63,286 bases of DNA from Alphaproteobacteria bacterium (GTDB taxonomy: Bacteria; Pseudomonadota; Alphaproteobacteria; Micavibrionales; UBA2020), in the NCBI GenBank assembly GCA_028817795.1, contig JAPPOU010000057.1, positions 775-64,060 of the forward strand, read 5' to 3'. Under the pieces are notes generated by a model, which saw only the letters and a program-made list of their open reading frames with translations, was not told the origin of the DNA and did not search any database. Made by a program: the position numbers and the translations under genes. Positions 1 through 10,057 of the stretch are shown here, one piece after another (the first letter of the stretch is position 1; each line of letters begins with the position of its first letter).

Positions 1-174
1 CAAGGGTGATCATGTAGTTTTATGCGGGAAAGGCTTTAATCGGACCTCCCCCCGCCCCCCCGTGTGGAGGTCCGCCTGAACCGTCTTAGGTTTTCTAAGT
101 TTTCTACTTTTACTGCCGCTATTTTGGGCCACGTATGTTCGTCAGGAATTTTTCCTTCGCCTAATACCTGCTTG

Positions 175-840
175 TCAGGAGAGCTGTGCTTTTGCAGGTG
201 GGGAAGTTCCACCGTTACCATTGCCAGTGATGGATAGGTTTCTCCCAAGTCTATAGCTTAAGGATGGTGGAAGTGCGTCTCTATCTTCTGCTGTTGCCTT
301 TAGTGTAAAACCATCAATATCTTTGTCTGTGATTTGAACGGGACTTCCTCCTGAATGGGGTGTAAAAGTGGCCTCTCTAATCTCGCCTATTGCAAGCTGG
401 ACAACAAAGTGCAAAGCAGGGCATTCACCTTTTGCCTTGTCGATATTTTGCAGGACAACGGTTTCTCCATTTTCCATGGCGCGAAGGAGTTCTCCTTTTA
501 CGCTTTTAAGGCCTGATTCTTCCTGTTTTTGCTCGAATGTAAGTTCTTGCAAATCTATGCCCGCACAATCGATGTTGCGCGTTTTTTTTGAAAGATCCTG
601 CAAGTTTGTCGTTGTCCTTGTCCATGTCAGCCCTCGTTTCTCTGTTTCTCTACGATGCTGCGAGAAAACCTTTAAATTTTCCTTAATTATACAATGGGAC
701 CGCTGTGTTTTGAGAAAAAACATATAAAAACAACATGTTAAGGTGATTGGAAAACCGGGTCTGCCGGCAATTCTGGATAGGGTTGCTTGGGGTGTATATC
801 TGCAAAACTTGTCAGGGAAAATCTGGATAATCCGAATCAT
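175..840 (-). CDS. hypothetical protein in an AT-richer segment; frame possibly disrupted
   Basis: Longest ORF in the first 900 nt. No recognisable family. An alternative ATG at 625 with a GAGGG RBS lies in another frame and would join this frame if the A8 run (582-589) were A7. A second overlapping ORF (36-248) sits at the 3' end. Confidence 0.3.
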   Translation of the reverse strand: MIRIIQIFPDKFCRYTPQATLSRIAGRPGFPITLTCCFYMFFLKTQRSHCIIKENLKVFSQHRRETEKRGLTWTRTTTNLQDLSKKTRNIDCAGIDLQELTFEQKQEESGLKSVKGELLRAMENGETVVLQNIDKAKGECPALHFVVQLAIGEIREATFTPHSGGSPVQITDKDIDGFTLKATAEDRDALPPSLSYRLGRNLSITGNGNGGTSPPAKAQLS

Positions 841-995
841 CTCTTCACGCGTACAAACTTTGAAACCCCTTCACATTACGGGAGATCGGGTGTAATTTAC
901 CCCCGATCCTCCCCTCAAAGAAGGGTTAGGGAATTATGGGCAATGCTTCAATGAAGGTTGTCCTATACAATTTGCCGCAAGAAAGGAACTGCACA

Positions 996-2942
996 ATGAG
1001 CAAGATTATCGGTATCGACTTGGGTACAACCAACTCCTGCGTTGCCATTATGGACGGAGACAAGCCCAAGGTTGTTGAAAACGCGGAAGGCGCGCGCACG
1101 ACGCCTTCGATGGTGGCCTTTGCCAAGGACGGTGAACGCCTGATCGGCCAGCCCGCAAAACGCCAGGCTGTCACGAATCCCGAAAAAACATTATACGCGA
1201 TCAAGCGCTTGATCGGCCGTCGCTTCAATGAAGATGAAGTCAAAAAAATGCGCGATAAAGCGCCCTTTAAAATTGTCGAGGGCGAAGGTGGCGCGGCATG
1301 GGTCGAGGTCGATGGCGAAAAAATGGCGCCATCACAAATTTCGGCCATGGTGCTGCAGAAAATGAAGGAAACTGCGGAAAGCTTCCTTGGCGAGAAAGTT
1401 TCGAAGGCGGTCATTACCGTGCCCGCTTACTTTAACGACAGCCAGCGTCAGGCCACGAAAGATGCGGGCAAGATCGCGGGGCTGGAAGTTCTGCGTATCA
1501 TCAACGAGCCAACGGCGGCGGCGCTGGCCTATGGCCTTGATAAAAAATCATCCGGCACCATCGCGGTCTATGACCTTGGTGGTGGTACGTTCGATGTATC
1601 TATCCTTGAAATTGGTGATGGCGTTTTTGAGGTGAAATCGACCAATGGCGATACGTTCCTTGGTGGTGAAGACTTTGACCTGCACATCATTGATTATCTG
1701 GCCGAAGAATTTAAAAAAGAAAACAGCATCGACCTGCGCAATGACAAGCTTGCCTTGCAGCGCCTGAAGGAGGCGGCGGAGAAAGCCAAGATTGAGCTGT
1801 CATCCTCGACCTCGACTGAAGTGAACCTGCCATTTATCACGGCGGATGCATCGGGGCCGAAACACCTTGTTTTGACCATGACCCGCGCCAAGCTGGAACA
1901 GATTGTAGGCGCGTTGATCGAAAAAACGCTGGCTCCTTGCAAGGCGGCGCTGAAAGATGCGGGTGTTGCGCCGGGCGATATCGACGATGTCGTGCTGGTC
2001 GGCGGGATGACGCGTATGCCCAAGGTTGTCGAAACCGTTACGAAGTTTTTTGGCAAGGAACCGCATCGCGGTGTGAACCCTGATGAAGTTGTGGCCGATG
2101 GCGCAGCTATTCAAGGTGGCGTTCTGGCAGGTGATGTCAAAGACGTTTTGCTGCTGGATGTAACGCCGTTGTCGCTGGGTATTGAAACACTGGGCGGCGT
2201 CTTTACCCGCCTGATTGATCGCAACACGACAATCCCGACCAAGAAATCGCAAGTGTTCTCGACCGCCGAAGATAACCAGAACGCCGTGACCATTCGCGTT
2301 TTCCAGGGCGAGCGTGAAATGGCGTCTGATAACAAGATATTGGGCCAATTCGATCTGGTGGGCATCCCACCCGCGCCGCGTGGCGTACCACAGGTAGAGG
2401 TGACGTTCGATATTGACGCAAACGGTATCGTCCATGTATCGGCCAAGGACAAAGCGACGGGCAAGGAGCAGCAAATTCGCATTCAAGCCTCTGGCGGCCT
2501 GTCCGATTCCGATATTCAGCGCATGGTGAAGGAAGCCGAGGAAAACGCAGGTGCGGACAAAGAACGCCGCGAAGCAGTCGAGGTGAAAAACCGCGCAGAA
2601 GCTTTGGTGCACACAGCTGAAAAAACGTTGAAGGATGCGGGCGATAAAATCTCTGCCGAGGACAAGACGGCGGTGGAAGATGCTGTCGCTGCTACGAAAG
2701 CCGCGCTGGAAAGCGATGATCTGGAGGCCATCCGCGAAAAGACGGAAGCCCTGCAGGAAGCCGCCATGAAACTGGGCGAGCATCTTTATCGCGCAGAGCA
2801 AGAAGAAGCTGCCGCCAGTGGCGAGGCTGCCCCTGCGGATGAGGGCGCAGAAGATGCAAAAGATGCGCCTGATGCCGAAATTGTCGATGCTGATTTCACG
2901 GAAGTTGACGAAGACGAAGGCAAAAAGCGTAACAACAACTAA
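996..2942 (+). CDS. dnaK: molecular chaperone DnaK (Hsp70)
   Basis: [18 protein letters not shown]-terminus, DLGGGTFD and [10 protein letters not shown] motifs, acidic C-terminal tail. Start trimmed to ATG 996 behind GAAAGGAA. Confidence 0.97.
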   Translation: MSKIIGIDLGTTNSCVAIMDGDKPKVVENAEGARTTPSMVAFAKDGERLIGQPAKRQAVTNPEKTLYAIKRLIGRRFNEDEVKKMRDKAPFKIVEGEGGAAWVEVDGEKMAPSQISAMVLQKMKETAESFLGEKVSKAVITVPAYFNDSQRQATKDAGKIAGLEVLRIINEPTAAALAYGLDKKSSGTIAVYDLGGGTFDVSILEIGDGVFEVKSTNGDTFLGGEDFDLHIIDYLAEEFKKENSIDLRNDKLALQRLKEAAEKAKIELSSSTSTEVNLPFITADASGPKHLVLTMTRAKLEQIVGALIEKTLAPCKAALKDAGVAPGDIDDVVLVGGMTRMPKVVETVTKFFGKEPHRGVNPDEVVADGAAIQGGVLAGDVKDVLLLDVTPLSLGIETLGGVFTRLIDRNTTIPTKKSQVFSTAEDNQNAVTIRVFQGEREMASDNKILGQFDLVGIPPAPRGVPQVEVTFDIDANGIVHVSAKDKATGKEQQIRIQASGGLSDSDIQRMVKEAEENAGADKERREAVEVKNRAEALVHTAEKTLKDAGDKISAEDKTAVEDAVAATKAALESDDLEAIREKTEALQEAAMKLGEHLYRAEQEEAAASGEAAPADEGAEDAKDAPDAEIVDADFTEVDEDEGKKRNNN

Positions 2943-2951
2943 TTTGAAAGT

Positions 2952-2985
2952 GCCGCCCCGCTTATAAAAGCCGGGGCGGCTTTTT
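2952..2985 (+). terminator. hairpin plus T-run between dnaK and dnaJ (attenuator or terminator)
   Basis: gccgccccg (2952-2960) pairs with cggggcggc (2972-2980), followed by ttttt. Confidence 0.5.
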
Positions 2986-2999
2986 CGGTTTCGGTCACC

Positions 3000-4166
3000 A
3001 TGGCAAAAAAAGATTATTACGAAACACTTGGCGTGCAAAAAGGCGCAGGCGCGGACGAGCTGAAAAAAGCTTATCGCAAGCTGGCCATGCAATATCACCC
3101 CGATAAAAACCCGGATGATAAAAGCGCCGAGAAAAAGTTCAAGGAAATTAACGAAGCCTATGACGTCTTGAAAGACGACCAAAAGCGCGCCGCCTATGAT
3201 CGTTTCGGTCATGGCGCGTTTGAAGGTGGCATGGGCGGCGGGGCAGGTCCGGGCGCGGGTGGTTTCTCCGGCTTTGGCGGTTTCTCCGATATCTTCGAAG
3301 AAATGTTCGGCGATTTCATGGGTGCGCAAGCCGGTGGCGGGCGTGGTCGCGGTGGCGCGGGCAGTGCGCGGCGCGGCAATGATCTCAGCCATGAAATGGA
3401 AATCACGCTGGAAGAGGCTTTTGCAGGCAAGGATACGCAGTTAAAGGTATCAAGCTGGCAGCCTTGTGGCGGTTGCGAAGGGTCCGGCGCGGAAAAGGGC
3501 ACAAAGCCCGATACCTGCGATACCTGCCGTGGTGCGGGCCGTGTGCGCGCGCAACAGGGTTTTTTCACGGTCGAGCGGACCTGCCCATCCTGTGGCGGCG
3601 TGGGGCAAACCATTAAAACGCCTTGCAATGCGTGCAGCGGTTCAGGGCGCACGCGCAAGGAAAAAATGCTCAAGCTTTCCGTGCCTGCAGGCGTTGATGA
3701 CGGCACGCGCATCCGTTTGGCGGGTGAAGGCGAGGCCGGTTTGCGCAGCGGCGCGCCGGGTGATTTATATGTGTTTTTGTCGATTAAGCCGCACCGGCTT
3801 TTCCAGCGTGATGGCGCTGATTTATATTGTCGTGTTCCCGTGCCTGTACATACTGTCGCACTGGGCGGTGATGTTGAGGTGCCCACGATTGACGGCAAGC
3901 GTATTTCTGTGAACGTCCCGGCTGGCACGCAAACAGGCACGCAATTCCGCCTGAAAGGCAAGGGCATGACCATTTTGCGCTCGCAAAACCGGGGCGATAT
4001 GTATGTGGAAGTGACCGTTGAAACGCCTGTGAACCTGAGCAAAAAGCAAAAAGACTTGTTGCGTGAATTTGCTGGCGACAGCAAAAATGCCAGAAACAGC
4101 AACAACCCCCAGTCTTCCGGCTTTTTTGATAAGGTCAAAGACCTGTGGGAAGATTTAAAGGATTAA
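3000..4166 (+). CDS. dnaJ: co-chaperone DnaJ
   Basis: J domain with YHPDKNP (HPD), a Gly/Phe-rich linker, and four CxxCxGxG zinc-finger repeats ([32 protein letters not shown]). Confidence 0.96.
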   Translation: MAKKDYYETLGVQKGAGADELKKAYRKLAMQYHPDKNPDDKSAEKKFKEINEAYDVLKDDQKRAAYDRFGHGAFEGGMGGGAGPGAGGFSGFGGFSDIFEEMFGDFMGAQAGGGRGRGGAGSARRGNDLSHEMEITLEEAFAGKDTQLKVSSWQPCGGCEGSGAEKGTKPDTCDTCRGAGRVRAQQGFFTVERTCPSCGGVGQTIKTPCNACSGSGRTRKEKMLKLSVPAGVDDGTRIRLAGEGEAGLRSGAPGDLYVFLSIKPHRLFQRDGADLYCRVPVPVHTVALGGDVEVPTIDGKRISVNVPAGTQTGTQFRLKGKGMTILRSQNRGDMYVEVTVETPVNLSKKQKDLLREFAGDSKNARNSNNPQSSGFFDKVKDLWEDLKD

Positions 4167-4170
4167 GGGC

Positions 4171-4941
4171 ATGACGAAAATCGGCATTCTGGGCGCGCGG
4201 GGTCGTATGGGGCAGATGTTGCTGTCCGAAATTGGCAGCGGCGCGTTCAAGGCTGAATTGGGTGCGGCGATTGACCGCGCAGATGGTGTTACCGATAATG
4301 GCATGACGATTACCGCAGATACGGCAGCAGGTTTTGGCGCTTCAGATGTTTTGATTGATTTCACCGCCCCCGCCGCAACGCGTATGCATGTAGAGCTGGC
4401 GGCAGACATGAAAAAGCCCCTTGTGATCGGCACGACGGGGCTTGAAGAGGTGGATGAATCTGCTTTGAAGGCCGCATCTGAAAAATCGGCTGTTTTTTAT
4501 GCCGCGAACATGAGCCTTGGCGTCAATCTTTTAGCGTCACTGGTCGAGAAAGTTTCAAAAATTTTGCCGCCTGAAGATTTTGACATTGAGATTTTTGAAG
4601 CGCACCACAAGCATAAGGTTGACGCGCCATCGGGCACCGCATTGTTGTTGGGGCAGGCGGCGGCGCTGGGCCGTGACGTTGATTTGCAAGATGCCATGGT
4701 ACCTGCCCGTTTCGGGCAGGTGGGCGCACGGCCCGAAGGGGCGATTGGTTTTTCGGTGTTTCGTGGCGGAGATGTTGTGGGCGATCACACCGTCACCTTT
4801 GCAGGGGAGGGGGAGCGCGTTGAACTGACGCACAAAGCATCATCCCGCGCCATTTTTGCAAGGGGCGCGATCCGCGCCGCCCTGTGGCTGAAGGACAAAC
4901 AGGCCGGATTCTATACCATGCGCGATATGCTTGATTTATAA
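4171..4941 (+). CDS. dapB: 4-hydroxy-tetrahydrodipicolinate reductase
   Basis: MTKIGILGARGRMG dinucleotide-binding N-terminus and the EAHHKHKVDAPSGTAL signature. Starts 4 nt after the dnaJ stop. Confidence 0.93.
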   Translation: MTKIGILGARGRMGQMLLSEIGSGAFKAELGAAIDRADGVTDNGMTITADTAAGFGASDVLIDFTAPAATRMHVELAADMKKPLVIGTTGLEEVDESALKAASEKSAVFYAANMSLGVNLLASLVEKVSKILPPEDFDIEIFEAHHKHKVDAPSGTALLLGQAAALGRDVDLQDAMVPARFGQVGARPEGAIGFSVFRGGDVVGDHTVTFAGEGERVELTHKASSRAIFARGAIRAALWLKDKQAGFYTMRDMLDL

Positions 4942-4958
4942 GGGAAAAGCAATATTTA

Positions 4959-4987
4959 TTGACATAATTCAAGCGCGCTGCTATGCT
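4959..4987 (+). promoter_or_regulatory. sigma70-like promoter
   Basis: TTGACA (4959-4964), 17-nt spacer, TATGCT (4982-4987). Lies upstream of the GAAAGG RBS and GTG 5026. Confidence 0.35.
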
Positions 4988-5025
4988 TCTGTCTGTCTTC
5001 TTGTGCAACAGAAAGGTCATATAGC

Positions 5026-5559
5026 GTGAAACGTTCTGCCGTAAAAATCATGGGGCGCATTGCCAGTGCATTGAACCCTGCCCTATACTTGGCAAAGAAT
5101 TCACAAAAAGCGGAGCAGTCCATGACTGAAGATAAGAAAAAACCGACACCCGTTCCAGATTCATTGCGCGACGCTTTTATGAAGGCCGTTGCGGCGCAAG
5201 ATGACATGGCGCTACGCCAGACGTTGAAGACGGCAGAAGATGCAGGCATGAATGTGCAAGACCTTGCCAATACGACGGCAGAAGGCGGTGAAAATGCGTT
5301 TCACATTATTGCGCGCAGTGAAAAACGTGATCCTGTTGTGCCGTCTATTTTGCACCGCAGTGGTACAAACGTTAATCGTGAAAACCGCGAGGGACGCACG
5401 CCGCTGGATATGGCGCTTTATGCCCGTAATGCAACAGTGTACAACTTTTTGCAGGCTGTCGGTGCAAAGCCGGGCCACAACCAGAAAACGCCAAAATACG
5501 GTGAGCAAGGGTTTAAGGATTTCAAGCACCCGGCCCTGTCGCACAGGCACCGCCGTTAA
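5026..5559 (+). CDS. small ankyrin-repeat protein
   Basis: ANK-like repeats (ENAFHIIARSEKRDPVVPSILHRSGTNVN, REGRTPLDMALYARNATVYNFLQAVGAKP). The GTG start is uncertain; internal ATGs are possible. Confidence 0.6.
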   Translation: MKRSAVKIMGRIASALNPALYLAKNSQKAEQSMTEDKKKPTPVPDSLRDAFMKAVAAQDDMALRQTLKTAEDAGMNVQDLANTTAEGGENAFHIIARSEKRDPVVPSILHRSGTNVNRENREGRTPLDMALYARNATVYNFLQAVGAKPGHNQKTPKYGEQGFKDFKHPALSHRHRR

Positions 5560-6101
5560 TGCATTGCGCCTTCGCCCTTTAACAGTGCGATTTTAATTTT
5601 TGGCCCCCAGGCAAAATTGATGCGGCCCCCCGTCTTGTTGACGACGCGGTGGCAGGGCACGACGATGGATAGCGGGTTTTTCCCAACAGCAGAGCCAACA
5701 GCGCGGACGGCATCAGGCTTGCCGATTTTTTTGGCGATGTCTTGATAGGTGACGGTTGTGCCGGATTTGATTTTTAAAAGCTGTTTCCACACGCTAATCT
5801 GGAACGGCGTGCCTGTGAGTACCAAGGGCACAGATAGTGTATCCAGCTTATGCGGCCAGCATTTCGTGATATCGCGTGCCAGTTTTGCCGTTGCTTTATC
5901 ATCACGCAGAAAGGTGGCGGCAGGCCAGTTTTTTTCAAGCGCTGAAAACCCGCAGTTGATGCCCAGCCAGCACAGGCCCTGATCGTCTTTCGCGACCAAT
6001 ATTTTTTGCCCCGGAAACGGGTGGATGCCCCAGACAAGTGTTTTGCCCTGTCCGCGTACGGGTTTCGCGGCTGTATTCGTAATAATTTTCATGCTAAACA
6101 A
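5556..6101 (-). CDS. ogt: methylated-DNA--protein-cysteine methyltransferase
   Basis: Active-site IVVPCHRVV (PCHR) and the preceding helix-turn-helix region TYQDIAKKIGKPDAVRAVGSAVGKNP. Confidence 0.88.
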   Translation of the reverse strand: MFSMKIITNTAAKPVRGQGKTLVWGIHPFPGQKILVAKDDQGLCWLGINCGFSALEKNWPAATFLRDDKATAKLARDITKCWPHKLDTLSVPLVLTGTPFQISVWKQLLKIKSGTTVTYQDIAKKIGKPDAVRAVGSAVGKNPLSIVVPCHRVVNKTGGRINFAWGPKIKIALLKGEGAMH

Positions 6102-6106
6102 TTAAC

Positions 6107-6739
6107 ATGAAGCCTGAAAAAGTCAAAACCTTCTTTTCCCGCCTGCGCGCGCAAAATCCTGAACCAAAAGGAGAGTTGAACTATACCAATACCTATACGC
6201 TTTTGGTGGCCGTTGTTTTGTCGGCGCAGGCCACGGACGTGGGCGTCAACAAGGCGACGGAAAAGCTGTTTAAAACCGTCAAAACGCCCGAAGACATGGT
6301 GAAGCTGGGCGAGGCAGGCTTGAAAAAACATATCAAAACCATCGGCCTTTTCAATGCCAAGGCCAAAAACGTGATAGCGCTGTCGAAAATATTGGTGAAA
6401 GAATACGGCTCCAAAGTGCCGGAATCGCGTGATGAATTGGTCAAGCTGCCCGGCGTGGGGCGCAAGACGGCGAATGTGGTTTTGAACATCGCCTTTGGTC
6501 ATGAAACGATCGCGGTCGATACGCATATTTTTCGCTTGGGCAACCGCACGGGAATGGCTCCCGGAAAAACGGTGGATGACGTTGAAAAAAAGCTGGAAAA
6601 AGTCATTCCCAAGCCGTTCCGCCACCATGCCCACCACTGGCTGATATTGCATGGCCGTTATGTGTGCAAAGCCAGAAAGCCTCTGTGCGGAGACTGTATC
6701 GTCAGGGATGTATGCGGGTTTAAAGAGAAAACGGCTTGA
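6107..6739 (+). CDS. nth: endonuclease III
   Basis: HhH-GPD region LVKLPGVGRKTANVVL, catalytic DTH, and a C-terminal 4Fe-4S cluster loop CKARKPLCGDCIVRDVC. Confidence 0.93.
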   Translation: MKPEKVKTFFSRLRAQNPEPKGELNYTNTYTLLVAVVLSAQATDVGVNKATEKLFKTVKTPEDMVKLGEAGLKKHIKTIGLFNAKAKNVIALSKILVKEYGSKVPESRDELVKLPGVGRKTANVVLNIAFGHETIAVDTHIFRLGNRTGMAPGKTVDDVEKKLEKVIPKPFRHHAHHWLILHGRYVCKARKPLCGDCIVRDVCGFKEKTA

Positions 6740-6754
6740 GTACCGCGCTTAAAA

Positions 6755-7357
6755 TCAAATATCTGCGCCACTGCTGATAACACGATCAAGGCACTGCGTG
6801 CGTTTTTGCGGTGTTTCCATGTTATCTGTTATTTTGCGGGGGCGCATATCCACGTGGGATACGTTGCGTGCTGCCGGGTGGTTGTCTGCGGCGTAGAAGT
6901 AAAAATCGACAACGCAGGAATCGGAAACATATTGGATAACTTCGGCATCCGCGTCACGGCGTGTCTGCGTGGGCGTGCCAAAAATATAAGTGATTTCGCG
7001 CTCCGACATTTGATGGAGAACGGCAGGGGTGGATGTTACAAAACTGCGCGCGCGAGAAACGTAACCAGCGGCGGGTTTATAGGAATCTTGCGCGGCATAG
7101 GCGCGATCGGGGAATAGCGCGGTACGTGTTTGTTCCGGCCCTGAGCCCATGCCGTAAACGGCGGGCAATTGTGACGTCATGCAACTGCCGACCAGCAACA
7201 TCATCATGGGTACCATGGCCAGCGTCAGCCGCGCCAGCCGACGGGCATTGCGGCGCAGGGACGCATAAAACGCCATCATCGCTGCATCTACGATGCTGAC
7301 AAGCGCGGCGGCGGGGTCGAATCCCGTCAGGGCTGTATGAAGGGGGTGATGCTTCAT
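6755..7357 (-). CDS. hypothetical lipoprotein
   Basis: Hydrophobic N-terminal segment ending in the lipobox-like LLVGSC. No recognised family. The start may be one of the internal Met codons. Confidence 0.5.
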   Translation of the reverse strand: MKHHPLHTALTGFDPAAALVSIVDAAMMAFYASLRRNARRLARLTLAMVPMMMLLVGSCMTSQLPAVYGMGSGPEQTRTALFPDRAYAAQDSYKPAAGYVSRARSFVTSTPAVLHQMSEREITYIFGTPTQTRRDADAEVIQYVSDSCVVDFYFYAADNHPAARNVSHVDMRPRKITDNMETPQKRTQCLDRVISSGADI

Positions 7358-7369
7358 GGTTGTATGTGC

Positions 7370-7921
7370 TTAAACGCCTGTAGCGCGGCGGTAAACCTTG
7401 GGCCGGCCCTCTGACAGCGCTGGTGTTTGAACGCCGGATGCGGGGAAGAGCTTTTCGACGTTCGATGTTTCAGGCACAGGCAGCTTTTGCGCGCGTGGGG
7501 GTTGCGGCGCGGGTTCAATGGGCTTGTGGACCAGCGCGGCCTCGATTTTGGCGCCGGGTTCAACCTCTAGCGAGCCATAGGTGACTTTGCCTGTGATGCG
7601 GCCCGTGGCGCGGACCAAAAGGCGGCCTGTCACGACCAGTTCACCATCAAGATGGCCGGAGATGATGGCGTCTTGCGCTTCACCCGTGCCCGCGAAAAGG
7701 CCCGTGTCTGCAATATCGATACGGCGTGATTTCAGGCCGGCGGCATGCACCGTGCCTGCGACAACCAGATTTTCACACGATTCAATTTCGCCGCGCAAAA
7801 CGATACCGGGGCCAATTAGCAGGCGGCGGTCATCTTCCTGTGTTTGTTGTGGCGTGGCCGGGCCAAGATAGGCCTGATGGCCGGGAATATCGCTGCGGAT
7901 GGTTCTTTTTTCTATGGTCAT
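7370..7921 (-). CDS. bactofilin (polymer-forming cytoskeletal protein)
   Basis: Beta-helical bactofilin core (LVVAGTVHA...GELVVTGRLLVRATGRITGKVTYGSLEVEPGAKIEAAL) and a Pro-rich C-terminus. Start trimmed to ATG 7921; the ORF extends to 7942. Confidence 0.8.
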   Translation of the reverse strand: MTIEKRTIRSDIPGHQAYLGPATPQQTQEDDRRLLIGPGIVLRGEIESCENLVVAGTVHAAGLKSRRIDIADTGLFAGTGEAQDAIISGHLDGELVVTGRLLVRATGRITGKVTYGSLEVEPGAKIEAALVHKPIEPAPQPPRAQKLPVPETSNVEKLFPASGVQTPALSEGRPKVYRRATGV

Positions 7922-8227
7922 CGTGTGCCTCAAAAGCTGCATGTGACAGGATGCGCCCTGCCGCCCTTTAGCCGGGCGTGGGGCTGATCCTTGGTGTCGT
8001 TGTTGAAAACGGTACGATTCCTACCATGATGCCGGGGGTGCGTCCAGCCGGGATTCTTTATTATTAACATAATATCTAGGAAAAAAACGGAATAGAGGCA
8101 TGATTTATCTGAATTTACTTGTTTTTCCTCTTTTTATGATGCTTGAGTTATGTTTATTTATTGTGATTTAATGCCACCTTTGATATATACATAACATTAA
8201 TAATTGAAAGAGAATGCAAGAATCGTC

Positions 8228-9178
8228 ATGCCCGCGTTTTGGACCCGTGAAGGGCGGCTGAAATCAAAACTGGCCGCATACAATAAAAAGCCGACAAGCG
8301 AGTCTTTGGCGGCTGTTCGTGAATTGCTGGAAACAGGTCCGCCGGCACCGGTGAAGGAATTGCAAAGGGCTGTTGCGCGCAGGCAAGCTCATTTGGTGCG
8401 TGTTTTGGTTGAAACGGGGACGGACCCGTTGGAAAGAACGGCATATGCTGGCGGAAAAAACAGCCTGGAACTTGCTTTTTCATGGCAAGGTGGAGACGTG
8501 TTTGACGTGCTGTTTCAGGCGGCGGTTAAGGAAGACGAGCGCCCCGCTGCTGTCAGTGCGTTTTTTTTCAAGGCTATTGAAGACGGCAATGTGAGCATGG
8601 TGCTGCGCTTGTTAGATCGCTATGGCGCAGATGTGAATGCAAAGTCATTGGAAACTGGCGGCGAAACAGCGCTAATGGCCGCTGTGCGTGGCGGCAATCA
8701 ACAGCTTGTGCAGCAGCTTTTGGATTGTGGCGCTAACGGGAATATCGTGAATAAAAGGAATGAAACGGCAGCTGATATAGCGGCCAAGAAAAAGAACAGG
8801 AAAAGAATTTTAAGACTTTTGGAGAAACGCGGTTATAAATCATCCATCCCCGTGCCAGACCCAAAGAAGAAAAAAGATGAAAGCTGGATATTGCTGGATA
8901 AAACTACGGTCGCGCAGGTGCAAGATTTTAAAAAGATCGATACGCGCATCTATACAGTCTTTAATGCGAAAGCACGCCAGCAATACATATTGTCTGAAGA
9001 TATGAAGACGTGCAAAAAAACGCCCTCTGCGCCCGTGTCGTTTGATAGTGTACCGCTGGAAACATTGCAGGCAGCTTTCAAGGCCTATGGAGCGTTGGGT
9101 GGCGATGCGAATGGTTGGACAGAACTGGCGGCAAAAAAGTCTGTTCTTAAACCCATGACAGGGGTGCCGCGTGGATAG
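8228..9178 (+). CDS. ankyrin-repeat protein with conserved C-terminal domain (paralog 1)
   Basis: ANK repeats (GETALMAAVRGGNQQLVQQLLDCGANGN). C-terminal block SWILLD...VFNAKA...APVSF...AFKAYGALGG...VLKP is shared with the next two genes. Start set at ATG 8228; the ORF opens at TTG 8204. Confidence 0.75.
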   Translation: MPAFWTREGRLKSKLAAYNKKPTSESLAAVRELLETGPPAPVKELQRAVARRQAHLVRVLVETGTDPLERTAYAGGKNSLELAFSWQGGDVFDVLFQAAVKEDERPAAVSAFFFKAIEDGNVSMVLRLLDRYGADVNAKSLETGGETALMAAVRGGNQQLVQQLLDCGANGNIVNKRNETAADIAAKKKNRKRILRLLEKRGYKSSIPVPDPKKKKDESWILLDKTTVAQVQDFKKIDTRIYTVFNAKARQQYILSEDMKTCKKTPSAPVSFDSVPLETLQAAFKAYGALGGDANGWTELAAKKSVLKPMTGVPRG

Positions 9179-10046
9179 AAGTATTAAATACCGCACGCAT
9201 TTTGTGGCGCAAAATCTCTCAAACCCAAATGAAGAGGCGATGTGCGTTGCGGCTGTTGAGCAAGGCGTTGATTTGTTATGGTGCGCAGAGAAGGATGGTG
9301 CAACGCTTTTGCATCTGGCTGCAAGAGAGGGCCAGGAAAAACTTGTGCGGGCCCTTATTGGTGCAGGGGCGGATATGGAGGCGAGAACAAAGGATACTCT
9401 CAGAACACCCTTGGGTGAAGCGTTTCCAGTTTATGGAGCTGGAAAGGTTGACAGGCCTGCGCCCCGGTTATCTGTTATGAAGATGCTTCTAGAGGCTGGC
9501 GCTGACCCGGATGTGAAAGATAGTTATGAGAGTACAGAGCTTATGTATGCAGCTGCAGGGGGCTGTGCGCCTGTTGTGAAGCTGTTACTGGATAAAGGCG
9601 CGGATGAGCGTGCGCTTAACCAGAGGAATAAAACAGCCGCGCAACTGGCGGCTGAAAAGGGCAAGATGGACATCGCGGCCTACATAGAGGCTTATGCACA
9701 GGTTAAAAATGACGGCCTGTTGGTTCAGGGCACGCCTGCGGACAGTTGGCGGCTTTTGGATGAAAACCGTATTGTGCGACAGACACTGGACATTGCCATG
9801 GGAACGTGCGTTAGCGATATTTTTAATTTTAAGGCAGAAGACAGGCAGGTGCAGGTACGGCGCCTTGATGCAGCGTCAGGCGCTTTCTCCGCAACGGCCC
9901 CTGTGGCCTTTCACGCTGTTGCGCCGCCGTGTCTTGAGGAGGCGCATCAGGCCTATGAAAAGCTTGGCGGTAAAGAGCCGTTGCACGTGACCTTGCCCGG
10001 TCGCGTGACCCGGCTATTGCCCAAGCCGCGCATCAGCAGCAGTTGA
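9171..10046 (+). CDS. ankyrin-repeat protein with conserved C-terminal domain (paralog 2)
   Basis: ANK repeats (GATLLHLAAREGQEKLVRALIGAGAD, STELMYAAAGGCAPVVKLLLDKGAD). C-terminal SWRLLD...IFNFKAEDRQ...APVAFHAV...AHQAYEKLGGKEPLHV...LLPKPRI. The GTG start overlaps the upstream stop. Confidence 0.75.
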   Translation: MDRSIKYRTHFVAQNLSNPNEEAMCVAAVEQGVDLLWCAEKDGATLLHLAAREGQEKLVRALIGAGADMEARTKDTLRTPLGEAFPVYGAGKVDRPAPRLSVMKMLLEAGADPDVKDSYESTELMYAAAGGCAPVVKLLLDKGADERALNQRNKTAAQLAAEKGKMDIAAYIEAYAQVKNDGLLVQGTPADSWRLLDENRIVRQTLDIAMGTCVSDIFNFKAEDRQVQVRRLDAASGAFSATAPVAFHAVAPPCLEEAHQAYEKLGGKEPLHVTLPGRVTRLLPKPRISSS

Positions 10047-10057
10047 GGGCGCGTACC

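Noticed and set aside
857-910. Possible sigma32 heat-shock promoter (cTTTGAAA at 858-865) and a hairpin gatcggg/cccgatc (884-908) upstream of dnaK.
   Set aside because: The -35-like box has an extra T, and no CCCCAT-type -10 lies at the proper 13-17 nt spacing. The hairpin is not CIRCE-like. The evidence is too weak to call.
1800-3392. 530-aa minus-strand ORF, plus a 309-aa ORF at 3209-4138, overlapping dnaK and dnaJ.
   Set aside because: These are antisense shadows of unmistakable dnaK and dnaJ coding sequence. Their composition is Arg/Ala/Gly-rich, typical of GC-rich antisense frames, and they carry no motifs.
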